A stretch of DNA of 62,773 bases, filler included, from Sanchytrium tribonematis (taxonomy: Eukaryota): the NCBI GenBank assembly GCA_018985235.1. It is 18 parts of 18 records of this genome, joined end to end, with 100 filler letters (N's around TTAATTAATTAA, not from the genome) between each part and the next. Parts side by side here need not be neighbours in the genome. Positions count along the whole stretch, not along the records: positions 52,823 to 55,247 come from JADGIG010001051.1; positions 55,348 to 57,765 come from JADGIG010001052.1; positions 57,866 to 60,269 come from JADGIG010001053.1; positions 60,370 to 62,773 come from JADGIG010001054.1; 14 more parts are not named here. One strand, written 5' to 3'. Every line of letters starts with the position of its first letter. Position 1 is the stretch's first letter. Positions 52,823-62,773 of this stretch are shown piece by piece. Made by a program: the position numbers and the translations under genes. The notes beneath the pieces were generated by a model, which had not been told where the DNA came from, did not search any database, and saw nothing but the letters and a program-made list of their open reading frames with translations.

Positions 52823-54418
52823 TCAAAAGTTCCAATGAACATCATTTCTATGGGGCAAGGTCAAGAAGTACACGCTCGGCAATTAATGAAAAATGGTATG
52901 GAGCATGGCGGCTGGGTCTTACTTCAAAATTGTCACTTGGGACTACCATTTATGGATGAGCTACTTGATTTGGTTCAAAACGCAGAGCAAATCAATCCCG
53001 ATTTTCGATGTTGGATGACGACTGAGCAGCATCCTAAATTTCCAATTAATTTGCTTCAAGCTTCAATTAAATTCACAAATGAGCCTCCTCAGGGACTAAA
53101 GGCGGGATTGTTGAGAACCTACAATTGGCTAACAAACGATCAATTGGATGTGAATTACAAGGAATATCCCGCTCTGATTTTTATTTTGAGTGTATTTCAT
53201 TCAATTGTACAAGAAAGAAGAAAATATGGCAGTATAGGCTGGATTATTCCGTATGAATTTAATCAGGCTGATTTATTGGCTTCCATTATGTGTATTCAAA
53301 TGATTTTTGATCAATTGGATTTAAAATCTACAGTTCCATGGCAGACTATTCGCTACATGGTCGGAGATGTTCATTATGGTGGAAGAGTCACCAATAATAT
53401 GGACAGAAAATTAATTCAAACAATTACTAATATTTTATTTAATGAAAGCAGTTTAAAGTCAAAACAGTGTTTACAAATTCCATTACTTGAATATAAACAA
53501 ACTGATCTATACGTGAATCAGCTGCAACAAATGACAGATGAGGATGTGCCAAGTTATTTTGGGTTGAGCAAAAACAATAATATTATTTTTCATACAAATT
53601 ACGTCACCAATACACTGCAACTTATCACTTCTATTCAGCCACAAGATGTGGTGAATATTGATCGAGACGCATTAACGAGACAACTTATTGAATCCAGTCT
53701 GGGTAAATTGCCAACTACTTTGAAATATGAAGCCAAAAAATGGTCAAAGCCATTTATGATTTTTATTCAACATGAACTTCAAGTTTTTAATAATTTGATT
53801 ATAAAAATCAACAAAGATTTGAAAAATTTGCAAAGTGTGTTGGACGGAACAAGTTTAATGACTCCACGAATGCAGCAATTAATGGATTACATTTTACTTC
53901 AAGAACTGCCAAAAGAATGGCAAGTAATCCCTTGCACTTCTTATGCTCTCTTTTTCATTGAACTACAGCAAAGACATTTACATTACACACAATGGATGCA
54001 AAACAAATTAACAATTATTAATGTGCCCTATATTTTTCAACCACAATCCTTGTTAACTACCATTCAGCAAGATATGAGTAGAAATAACAAATGGGCTTTA
54101 GATTCAACGTGGATTACTTGCGATGTGGTTAAAAATACAGAACATGCTCCAAACGAAGGATTGTATTTGGGAGGTCTAACAATTGAGTGTGGCCAATTTG
54201 ATAAAAAGTTGAACACATTTACTGAGTTGACTGGAAAACAATTGACTAGTCCAATGCCTGTTTTGCACGTTATTGCAACGAATCAATCTATTAATGGCCA
54301 AGTACCTGTTTATAGAACTAGCAAAAGGCACGAATTAATTTGTTTATTGGATTTAAAATGGAATGATCAATTGACTTTGAAAGGAACTGCTATTGTGTGC
54401 AGTAGTGATTTGAAATAA
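52823..54418 (+). CDS. Axonemal dynein heavy chain C-terminus (DNAH5/8 outer-arm type), partial
   Basis: ISMGQGQEVHAR, WVLLQNCHLGL, IKFTNEPPQGLKAGL, VQERRKYG..GW..PYEFNQAD, YGGRVT. Confidence 0.9.
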   Translation, partial: SKVPMNIISMGQGQEVHARQLMKNGMEHGGWVLLQNCHLGLPFMDELLDLVQNAEQINPDFRCWMTTEQHPKFPINLLQASIKFTNEPPQGLKAGLLRTYNWLTNDQLDVNYKEYPALIFILSVFHSIVQERRKYGSIGWIIPYEFNQADLLASIMCIQMIFDQLDLKSTVPWQTIRYMVGDVHYGGRVTNNMDRKLIQTITNILFNESSLKSKQCLQIPLLEYKQTDLYVNQLQQMTDEDVPSYFGLSKNNNIIFHTNYVTNTLQLITSIQPQDVVNIDRDALTRQLIESSLGKLPTTLKYEAKKWSKPFMIFIQHELQVFNNLIIKINKDLKNLQSVLDGTSLMTPRMQQLMDYILLQELPKEWQVIPCTSYALFFIELQQRHLHYTQWMQNKLTIINVPYIFQPQSLLTTIQQDMSRNNKWALDSTWITCDVVKNTEHAPNEGLYLGGLTIECGQFDKKLNTFTELTGKQLTSPMPVLHVIATNQSINGQVPVYRTSKRHELICLLDLKWNDQLTLKGTAIVCSSDLK

Positions 54419-54550
54419 ATATTTCTTTCTTCATTAGTAGTAAAAAGTGGGTGATGCGTTAAAACCAATTGAAGTTTTTTCAAACTGGACCAAATATCAA
54501 TTTGCAACATCTAAATTATTTAAAATTTATCGATCCAAGACTGTCATTTA

Positions 54551-55060
54551 TTAATGGTCAAATTGAACCACATCATAAAGGATACCTGGTGCCAACAATT
54601 CTCCATGAACAATACAATTACATGCTAGCTTTGTAATATATTCTGGATAATTGGACGGATTGATTATTCGTTTATCATGGTACCAAACTGCATAGTCTAA
54701 TAAGCTACGTCCATGCTTTTCAACTATAAGATCAATAGAATGAAAAATATCTTTACATGCTTGCACAATAATTTGTTGTTTTTGGATTCCAGTAACTGTA
54801 AGAGTACCATCAAGCTGGTTTATAGATCCAAAAGTATTTATATCTCTGGGTGTATGGGATAAAAATAATGTCACAAAAGCAGTCAATCCTCTCCCTGACC
54901 AATGATCAACATCAAAAGTATACAGGGTGTTTATCCAATTAAAATCCATCATCACTCTGTAATTATTGTACATTGTTAAATATACAGTAATATTTGAATC
55001 AGCTAAACAACACGAAAATTGAGAAATGTCCATGATTGTTGCTTTCATCCTCCCAACCAA
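54551..55060 (-). CDS. Hypothetical protein
   Basis: ORF only. Confidence 0.4.
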   Translation of the reverse strand: MVGRMKATIMDISQFSCCLADSNITVYLTMYNNYRVMMDFNWINTLYTFDVDHWSGRGLTAFVTLFLSHTPRDINTFGSINQLDGTLTVTGIQKQQIIVQACKDIFHSIDLIVEKHGRSLLDYAVWYHDKRIINPSNYPEYITKLACNCIVHGELLAPGILYDVVQFDH

Positions 55061-55800
55061 TATTATGAATCCCCCTTGGATTAGTGTGATGTCTGAAGCA
55101 CGCTACTGCTGGGAAAATCCATCTCATGGATTAGCTTATACTGCCAAAGTTATGACAAGTATGAAAAACTCACTTTATCAGGCTGGCTTGAAAATACCAC
55201 AAGCGAAAGTATTCTCTCGTGAAATTCCATTTATCAAACCGAACGTANNNNNNNNNNNNNNNNNNNNNNNNNNNNNNNNNNNNNNNNNNNNTTAATTAAT
55301 TAANNNNNNNNNNNNNNNNNNNNNNNNNNNNNNNNNNNNNNNNNNNNAATGGCAAATAAATGACGGGATAGCCAATCAGACGAGAGGAAAAATGAAGTTT
55401 TTTGATTGATCGGTACTTCATTTATGAATTTATGGCACTTGTGTGGTAAAGATATTCGATCATTGGATTGCTATTCATTCGAGTCGATGTAGCTTCTATT
55501 TAAAATTTCCAATCCTGCTAACAAAAATTTAGTGATGCTTAAGAGGAAAAATCCACAAAGTTGAACAATTTTTTACCATGAAAGGAACAAAAATTCAAAT
55601 ATAAAATTCAATACCTTATTTAACAAACACAATAAATATCTTAACTCAGGTTCAGATAAACCATACAGTGTCAATTTGATTTGAGAAATAAAAATTTAAA
55701 GAACAACACTATATACAAAGTTACCACATGATTCTCATGTTAGATTTTCTGCTTGTATTTTGGAATAGATCTCTAAATCGTTGTGCAACCACCTTCAAAC

Positions 55801-56784
55801 ATGGAGATGGAATTTGTTGGCAAGAAGATTTTAGCGCCAATGGTCCGATTCTCTTCTTTACCCATCAGATTATTAGCCATAGATTACGATTTTGATATTA
55901 TATATGGTCCAGAAATAATAGCTCAAAGAATCATAGATAACGAAAGAACAGTACGCAAAGATGGCATTATTGAGTATTCCAAAAATGGAAATGTCAATTT
56001 TAGAACATCCCCGTTAGAATCAAACAAATTTGTGTTCCAATTAGGCTGCAGCAAACCAGAATTAGCCATCAAAGCAGCACAAACATTAAAACAGGATATC
56101 AAAGTCATTGATTTAAATTGTGGATGTCCCAAGCCATTTTCATTAAAAGGCAAGATGGGTGCTGCATTATTAGAAGATCCTGATTTATTATGTGATATAT
56201 TACGTGCATTAAAGAGTGAAATTGGTCAAGTCACTTGCAAAATACGTGTTTTTAATGATTTAGATCAAACCTTGGAATTAATTCATAAAATCAAACAAAC
56301 TGGCATCAGCGCATTAGCAGTCCATGTTCGTACCAAGAATTGTAGACCCCACAATCCTGCAAAATGGGATTATTTCAAGCCAATCAAACAAAACATGGGT
56401 GATATTCCATTAATTGCAAATGGAGACATTCTTAATGAACAAGATGCCACAAAACTGAAAGAATTAGGATGTGATTCATTCATGGTAGCACGCGGTGCCA
56501 TGAAAAATATGACTATTTTTCGTAGAAAAGGTGTTTTATCCCCTGAATTGATTTGTAAAGATTATTTACACAAATGCATTTTACTTAATAATAATTATCA
56601 GAATACAAAATGGACATTACTAAATATGTATCCATACACTACCAGTGATTTATATCGTAAATGGACTAGATCCAAATCTTTACAAGAATTATGCAATCCA
56701 ATGCAAATTATGTGTCCAGATGTTATTAGTGATCCAAAATATGATGTAGAATTCCCATATGTACCTAATCAAAATCATTCATAG
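55801..56784 (+). CDS. DUS2: tRNA-dihydrouridine synthase (Dus2/Smm1-like)
   Basis: LAPMVR, YGPEII, FQLG, DLNCGCPKPFS, MGAALL, ANGD. Confidence 0.9.
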   Translation: MEMEFVGKKILAPMVRFSSLPIRLLAIDYDFDIIYGPEIIAQRIIDNERTVRKDGIIEYSKNGNVNFRTSPLESNKFVFQLGCSKPELAIKAAQTLKQDIKVIDLNCGCPKPFSLKGKMGAALLEDPDLLCDILRALKSEIGQVTCKIRVFNDLDQTLELIHKIKQTGISALAVHVRTKNCRPHNPAKWDYFKPIKQNMGDIPLIANGDILNEQDATKLKELGCDSFMVARGAMKNMTIFRRKGVLSPELICKDYLHKCILLNNNYQNTKWTLLNMYPYTTSDLYRKWTRSKSLQELCNPMQIMCPDVISDPKYDVEFPYVPNQNHS

Positions 56785-56898
56785 CAGCGTATTAGTAGCA
56801 ACGCGTTGGCTTTCAATATCTTGATAAGCGGAATAAATTTTTATTCATTTTAAACATTGAATGTCAGAATACGATCTTCGTCTTAAGTTGCTCGACAA

Positions 56899-57765
56899 TC
56901 AAGTTTCTGTTTCTTTATCTCCTTCGTCTCCTTTATCTTCTTTAATAAATCCCCACTTCACTTTAATGGCATGTTCTTGTTCTTCTTGAAATTTCAACAT
57001 TTTCTGTGATATTTCTACCAATTTCTCATCTGTAATCTGATCTAATGGCATTAAATCATCTTCATGTGGATCTTTTAACAAATTCACCAAATATTTCTTA
57101 CCAGTCCGCATCACAATCAATTTATACTCCAAATATCTCACAATCATGGCATATCTACCAGGATTACTCAAACTAATACTCATTTCTCGCTTTGCAATGG
57201 GTCTTAATAAACTCATTCCCTCATGATTTTCATCCAATTTCAAATGCGACGATGTTTCCCCATGTTTTAAAGACAAAATATCTAGAATCGTGGGCACTAT
57301 CTCTAAATTGGTCAATTTTGTATCAAATTCATTATAAGCGATGTTATTTCTGATTTTAGGTGCTATGGAATCAATCCATTCTTGATTTTGACTATAAAAA
57401 TACAAGGGTACTTTAAAGGCTTGCTCGTACTGCATTTCACTTGTGCCGTATTTCCCATGATCTCCAGTCATAATTCCATGATCCCCAACCACGACAATCA
57501 ATGTATTTTTCTCATTTTCAAATAATTGAAACACAGAATCAAAATAATCATCAGTGTATTTTACCGTGTTTAAATAGTCATTATTGGCTTCATCTTCCAC
57601 ATAGTGCTTCTTATCAAATCCAAATGGGACACCGTATGGGTGATGCATCTCATTGTTGATGCTACTAATAAAATAAGACATATTTTTAGATTTTGCATCT
57701 TTCATGTGTTTCTCAAAATAAGGGAGCAATAATGTATCTTGATATCCAAAATAATTGATCATTTG
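56899..57765 (-). CDS. Alkaline phosphatase/sulfatase (LtaS-like) superfamily protein, C-terminal part
   Basis: HHPY, YLNTVKYTD, NTLIVVVGDHG, VPL, PTILD, DPHE. Confidence 0.75.
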   Translation of the reverse strand, partial: QMINYFGYQDTLLLPYFEKHMKDAKSKNMSYFISSINNEMHHPYGVPFGFDKKHYVEDEANNDYLNTVKYTDDYFDSVFQLFENEKNTLIVVVGDHGIMTGDHGKYGTSEMQYEQAFKVPLYFYSQNQEWIDSIAPKIRNNIAYNEFDTKLTNLEIVPTILDILSLKHGETSSHLKLDENHEGMSLLRPIAKREMSISLSNPGRYAMIVRYLEYKLIVMRTGKKYLVNLLKDPHEDDLMPLDQITDEKLVEISQKMLKFQEEQEHAIKVKWGFIKEDKGDEGDKETET

Positions 57766-58484
57766 NNNNNNNNNNNNNNNNNNNNNNNNNNNNNNNNNNN
57801 NNNNNNNNNTTAATTAATTAANNNNNNNNNNNNNNNNNNNNNNNNNNNNNNNNNNNNNNNNNNNNACCTATAGATGCATATTTCCCTGAGCAGAGTAATT
57901 GTAAATTTTCGTCGGTTTTTTCAAACTTGATAGTTGTTGAATCTATCAACAAGATTGGATTCTCTAATTTACTGAAACCACCGTGATTCACACAAATAGG
58001 TATACTTAAATGCCTATAATTAATGGATTGGGGACCAAATCGATATTTGAAATTTCCGAAACGATATTTTTTGCAGTTGAATTTAAAACTAACTATCCAG
58101 TCCACTTCACTGTTTTCAAGAAGATTAGATGAAGGATCTTTAAATTCAAGTCCAACTTGTTTTAGAGCAAACAATATTAATAAAATCAACAATAACATTT
58201 ACAAATTGGGCAATGTCGCGATTTATGGCAAATACAATACACGTGTTCAATCACGAGTTGATTATGGCGTGAAAAGGCATCATGGGATTGGGTGATTGTC
58301 GAGATATGGTGCCATATTGAAAACGGGGAGATCAAAAAAAGAGCAAGTTTTGTAAAATGTCACAATCAGACAAAATCAGACAATATTCCTTTAAATAAAT
58401 CTGTGAATGTCTATTATAATCTGCAATTGGATCCAAAGCCCTATGAATCCCTATTTAATGTATCCACCCAACAACACTTCAAGA

Positions 58485-59048
58485 ATGCTTTTATCCCTCA
58501 TTTATGCAATTCCAAGCCATAATCAATATGGCACCTATCCAAAATGCCCAACTGAGTATAGCCACAGCTATAAAAAGACTATTCTACATATTATCAGCCA
58601 AAAAGAAGATAATGCTGCATTTCAATTGGGATGCGCCCAAATGCATTTTCATCCAAATGGATGGAAAGCAGGATATATCCAACTATTATTTGATCATCAT
58701 CAATCCATAGATGCGTTTCAACATACACTATCTTTAAGTACTCAAGATGGCTTAAATGAATTCAGACAAGTATTGCAAGGCATTTTAGAATCTCAAGAAT
58801 ATTCTTCGTTTATTAGATATTCTATTTATACACCACACATGGCTGTGAGAGTTTTAAAGGAATCTAGTATGGATCAGAACACAAAGAATGCGATTGCATT
58901 ACAAATTGCGAAATATAATCCAGGATTGGCTCAATATATTTTGAAACAAATTTATAACAAAGATTATAAACCAGTTACCAACAAATACACGGATTCAAAG
59001 GAATATTCACCATCTCCAACCAACAAATACCATAAATATGGGAATTAA
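58485..59048 (+). CDS. Secreted hypothetical protein
   Basis: Leader MLLSLIYA; ORF. Confidence 0.45.
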   Translation: MLLSLIYAIPSHNQYGTYPKCPTEYSHSYKKTILHIISQKEDNAAFQLGCAQMHFHPNGWKAGYIQLLFDHHQSIDAFQHTLSLSTQDGLNEFRQVLQGILESQEYSSFIRYSIYTPHMAVRVLKESSMDQNTKNAIALQIAKYNPGLAQYILKQIYNKDYKPVTNKYTDSKEYSPSPTNKYHKYGN

Positions 59049-59070
59049 TAAAACAATTTAATCATTTTTA

Positions 59071-59937
59071 TTAATCCAATTTCACATGCAAGAATTCAAT
59101 CATTTTCTGGGCTACAGTGAATGAGAATATCAATTTGGGACCTACTACAGTGATTTTAGGGATTAATCCCTTAAACAATGCAGAAGGACCTTCATTTTTC
59201 AATAATTGCTTTAAAATATTAAATCCACTTTCTGGTGAATCAAATGGTCTATTTTGTATTCTAGTCTTAATAACATCTAATGGGGCAGATACAATAATAG
59301 AACTGACACTTCCAACCGTAGATGCGATGAAAGTTTGTAAAATAGAAGGAGAATCTACAATTTGCATATTTTGTTTGGCAAATGAATTTCCACCAAATAA
59401 TGCAAAACTACCAGGTGCATTTCTGAATGCTGTCCATCCTGCGCCTCTATAGAGCTCTCTCAAATTATTTGTGAATAGTGAAATAATGTTTTTACCTTTT
59501 AATGCATCTGGATTGGTTTGTGATTTAATTTTCAAAACATCCAGAGGCAATAATGCAATTTCACCGATTCCAATTAATGATCCAGCAGTAGCATCCATCA
59601 TCACTTTAGAATTATTACCGAATAAATCATCAAATGTCTGTTTATATTTCATTAAATGGTCTTTTACAATGGGCTGTCCTCCAAATTTATAAATACGTTG
59701 CAATATCTTGTAAGATGCTGCAAATCCCAATCCAGGAAATAAAGATTTGTATCTTTTTAACACGGTTTCTTGATATTTATCTTTGAAAATGACTTGTGAT
59801 ATTGGCAAATTGGAGTGATTTGACATTAATCTCTTTGCAATGGTGTCTATAGGATGAAATAAGAATATTTCAGCGATACCTGCAGTAGCAGATCCCAAAA
59901 TTCTGACGGTTGTACTCGTAGAAGTATCTGGTTTCAT
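59071..59937 (-). CDS. GGC1: Mitochondrial GTP/GDP carrier
   Basis: HPIDTIAKRLMSN, YKILQRIYKFGGQP, LPLDVLKIK, RNAPGSFALFGG. Confidence 0.9.
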   Translation of the reverse strand: MKPDTSTSTTVRILGSATAGIAEIFLFHPIDTIAKRLMSNHSNLPISQVIFKDKYQETVLKRYKSLFPGLGFAASYKILQRIYKFGGQPIVKDHLMKYKQTFDDLFGNNSKVMMDATAGSLIGIGEIALLPLDVLKIKSQTNPDALKGKNIISLFTNNLRELYRGAGWTAFRNAPGSFALFGGNSFAKQNMQIVDSPSILQTFIASTVGSVSSIIVSAPLDVIKTRIQNRPFDSPESGFNILKQLLKNEGPSALFKGLIPKITVVGPKLIFSFTVAQKMIEFLHVKLD

Positions 59938-60052
59938 CCTCTTAAAAATTCACAATTTTGAGAAAATACATTGGAAACCACGTTGTTGGCAAGAATCAGT
60001 GAAACAATGAGGCCTACCTAGCCTACCTAACATGGCTATTTCACTCATAAAT

Positions 60053-60268
60053 TTATTTGTATTCCTTTTTATTCGCCATTGCGATTCCCAATGCCATTAA
60101 TCCCAAAATATAACATACTGTCATCACAATAAATAAATAGAAGCTACTAGGCTGTTTATGTGACGCGTCTAATACCAATGATATAATAAATAAGATGGTT
60201 CCAAAGGCAGCCATTAAAATAGTCAAAATAATGAAAATGATATACCGCCGCCTTTTTTTCTTTTCTTG
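60053..60268 (-). CDS. C-terminus of a membrane protein (2 TM), partial
   Basis: KKRRRYIIFIILTIL...ANKKEYK*; open to the contig edge. Confidence 0.45.
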   Translation of the reverse strand, partial: QEKKKRRRYIIFIILTILMAAFGTILFIISLVLDASHKQPSSFYLFIVMTVCYILGLMALGIAMANKKEYK

Positions 60269-60369
60269 CNNNNNNNNNNNNNNNNNNNNNNNNNNNNNNN
60301 NNNNNNNNNNNNNTTAATTAATTAANNNNNNNNNNNNNNNNNNNNNNNNNNNNNNNNNNNNNNNNNNNN

Positions 60370-60862
60370 TACTTAATTCTACAAACCCAAGTGATTTAAA
60401 GAATGCGATAGATGCCAAATTATCCTGTCCAATTTTTACAATATATCTTTCAAATCCCTGCATTTTGCCATATTCCATCATCATCAGCAATGCATTGGTA
60501 GCATGTCCCATCCTCTGATACTCCAATTCCGCAATCATGATCTCCAATTCTCCATATTTCAATCGTGGTAAAAAGTGTTTTTCAACCAAATTATCCACTT
60601 CAAATTCAGATACAGTAAATATATTCACATCTCCGATCATGGTTTTATAGTGGAATATGATGAATGTGAATTTATCTGGATCTGATGCCCAACTTTCTTG
60701 CATGGCATATTCATCTGATAATAAAACGGGATCACTGGCTGTTAATGCCAATATTTGTGAATTTGTCATCCATTCGTGGTATTTCTCAACATATTTTGAG
60801 TAGTATGGCACTAGATACGTCATGCTGTAATAATATACAGATTTGGAAATCATTTTTTGCAA
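60370..60862 (-). CDS. NAT9: NAT9-like GNAT acetyltransferase, 3' truncated; start uncertain
   Basis: LVPY..YHEWM, LTASDP, EYAMQESW, MIGDVN, GELEIMIAE. Confidence 0.85.
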
Positions 60863-61380
60863 ATGATCCGTGTTTAAAAGGGGATAATTGAAAATTCAAA
60901 AGATTTAAATTTAATTCGTGAGTCATTCAAATGAATAAAAATAAAGGTAATTTGATATGTCAACTCATCTCATTAATTGCAACTCATTTATTAATTACTT
61001 TAAATGCTTTTTAAATCGATATTTTGGAATTTCTACCTCTTCTACTTTATTCTCTACTTCTTTTGCTTTTAATTTTATAGATTTCTTAGTCATTTGGAAG
61101 ACTTGCACTGGTTTATTTAGTAAAGCATCAGTTTGTCTATGACTTAATCCAAATTTGGAAATTTCATTTTTTAATCGAGTTTCCATTAAATGACCTGTAA
61201 ATTGAAATCAAAATGGAATAAACTTGTTTATTTAGCAACATTGTTGGTCGTTAGAATAAGAGGCAGTTTAACAACCAGGAATTTCAGAGTGTTTAATTGG
61301 AGTATCAGACTTCTCAGGTCTTTTATTAGGAATGAAGTTTTTAACTGTACTATTTCAAACAAAGTATCCCATTTGACTTC

Positions 61381-62262
61381 ATGATCTTCCAATTACTCGT
61401 TATGGCACACTATGACTGTCTCACACCCAGTCCATCTAAAAATACCCACAATATTCACAAGAGAGATGGCATGGTGAATGACATGCTTCATCAATTTTAT
61501 GAAACACCAGATTATTTCAAAGGCATTAAGACAATCTACAACAAATTACAACAACAGAATACAAATCTGACATTTCAAGTCAATTGGTTTTACATGGGAA
61601 ATGTAAAAGAAATCCAGATTCGAACTATTTTAGAAAAGGTGAATTTCAAGTACAATTACAACAATATCCCCATTAAATTCAATTTAAACCATTCACAAGC
61701 CATAGATGGGAATAAGATTGGCTACTATGATGATCAACTTCAACAAGACTTGTGGGATCAATACGCCATTAAAAATCCAAATATATTGAATATTTTCAGT
61801 TCTAAATTAAGTGACCACAAAGCAGGATGGAGTTCTTTACCGGGTTATTCTCGAGATGCCATCTTTCTCTCTGCTCCGGATATATTCAGTGATTCTGAAG
61901 AATATTTAGCAGGATATATTAGCCATGAAATTGGTCATTGGTTGGGATTATTTCACACTTTTGAGGGTGGATGCTTATCGAAAGAGAATGATTATGTGAA
62001 AGATACTCCAAGAACAGATGATAGAATCAGAGTTAATGGCATGGGCGGATTAATGAAAGTATTTGGGAATAACGTGTTAAAATCTTACGATTGGAAATGC
62101 AATGACAAAATCAAGTCATGTAGCAAATCATTCGGGAATGATTTATTGGATAACTTTATGGATTATACCAGTTGTCGAATACGAATTACCCTGGGACAAC
62201 AATATAGAATCATGAATTTCGTATATTGGAGATTAATTGGTGAATTGCCTTTTTTGGAATAA
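61381..62262 (+). CDS. Secreted M43 (pappalysin/ulilysin-like) zinc metalloprotease
   Basis: HEIGHWLGLFHTFEGGC, DYVKDTP, NFMDY (Met-turn). Confidence 0.9.
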   Translation: MIFQLLVMAHYDCLTPSPSKNTHNIHKRDGMVNDMLHQFYETPDYFKGIKTIYNKLQQQNTNLTFQVNWFYMGNVKEIQIRTILEKVNFKYNYNNIPIKFNLNHSQAIDGNKIGYYDDQLQQDLWDQYAIKNPNILNIFSSKLSDHKAGWSSLPGYSRDAIFLSAPDIFSDSEEYLAGYISHEIGHWLGLFHTFEGGCLSKENDYVKDTPRTDDRIRVNGMGGLMKVFGNNVLKSYDWKCNDKIKSCSKSFGNDLLDNFMDYTSCRIRITLGQQYRIMNFVYWRLIGELPFLE

Positions 62263-62405
62263 ATATAATTACAAACAAAAAACATTGTCTCAAAATAATT
62301 CAAATTATGCATATTGCTTTCATTGGCTGGTGAAATGACATCAGACTCTGTATATCCTTTGATTGGACAGAGATTCTACTTCAATTCTCTGCTTCCCTGC
62401 TTTAC

Positions 62406-62773
62406 ATGTTGCTCCATCTAGCTGCATTTGCATTTTCAAATTGTTATACGCCCAGTCCAACTAGCACGTTACAAAAAAGAGATGGAATGGTCACAGATAT
62501 GGTGAATCAATATTATGAAACAGATGACTATGAAATAGGCGTCAATACAATTGTCGAGAAGTTGAAACGACAGAATATTCCCATGTCTATTCCGGTGAAT
62601 TGGTTTTACATGGGACAAGTCAATGCGGCTGATTTTCAAAATATTCTAACCAAAGTCTCGACTTCTTTCAATGCAAATGGAATTCCAATCGAATTCTACT
62701 TAAATCATACTCAAGCAATTCGAGGTCATAAAATTGAACGTGATGACACAGTCTATCAACAGCAGTTATGGGG
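62406..62773 (+). CDS. Tandem M43 metalloprotease paralog, 3' truncated
   Basis: MLLHLAAFAFSNCYTPSP..KRDGMV.DM..Q.YET..., VNWFYMG aligns with 61381-62262. Confidence 0.8.
   Translation, partial: MLLHLAAFAFSNCYTPSPTSTLQKRDGMVTDMVNQYYETDDYEIGVNTIVEKLKRQNIPMSIPVNWFYMGQVNAADFQNILTKVSTSFNANGIPIEFYLNHTQAIRGHKIERDDTVYQQQLW

Noticed and set aside
286..59692. Numerous 60-170 aa antisense or overlapping ORFs in the ORF track
   Set aside because: They are shadows of real genes on the opposite strand or frame, with no motifs
2494..60369. Regular TTAATTAATTAA repeat about every 2.6 kb as a biological repeat or CRISPR-like array
   Set aside because: It is always centred in N44 padding, so it is an artificial six-frame stop linker

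Overview
This is not a contiguous prokaryotic locus. It is a concatenation of 18 contigs (17 of about 2.4-2.5 kb and one of 19.3 kb) joined by 100-nt artificial linkers (N44-TTAATTAATTAA-N44). The DNA is AT-rich and very gene-dense, and comes from a eukaryote that uses the standard code. Gene content points to a zoosporic, early-diverging fungus: CBM18/chitin deacetylase, GT32, an EGCrP-type GH5, Con7-like and Bem1-like proteins, and an axonemal dynein heavy chain. A sanchytrid-like lineage is plausible, but that is inference only. Recognisable genes include TYW4/JmjC, RPL6, ERO1, SWI3, RPS11, NSA1, SEH1, HOM6, GALE, GDA1, DIS3, TFB5, PRP28, DUS2, GGC1 and NAT9. There are also secreted and surface proteins, a decayed non-LTR retroelement and an SSB pseudogene. 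The main discovery is five ultra-short spliceosomal introns (19, 19, 20, 19 and 19 nt). Each restores a conserved protein motif when removed, and all share GTA...TNAYTWAG with the putative branch A fixed at -6. Other signs of miniaturisation are 8-11 aa signal-peptide-like leaders, genes 0-9 bp apart with stop codons embedded in AATAAA, and a shared TTCACGTGTTTTT element about 40 nt upstream of both ribosomal protein genes. Two inverted paralog pairs have identical 5' and divergent 3' parts, and one pair differs by a tiny intron. All calls come from motif recognition by eye; no searches were run.
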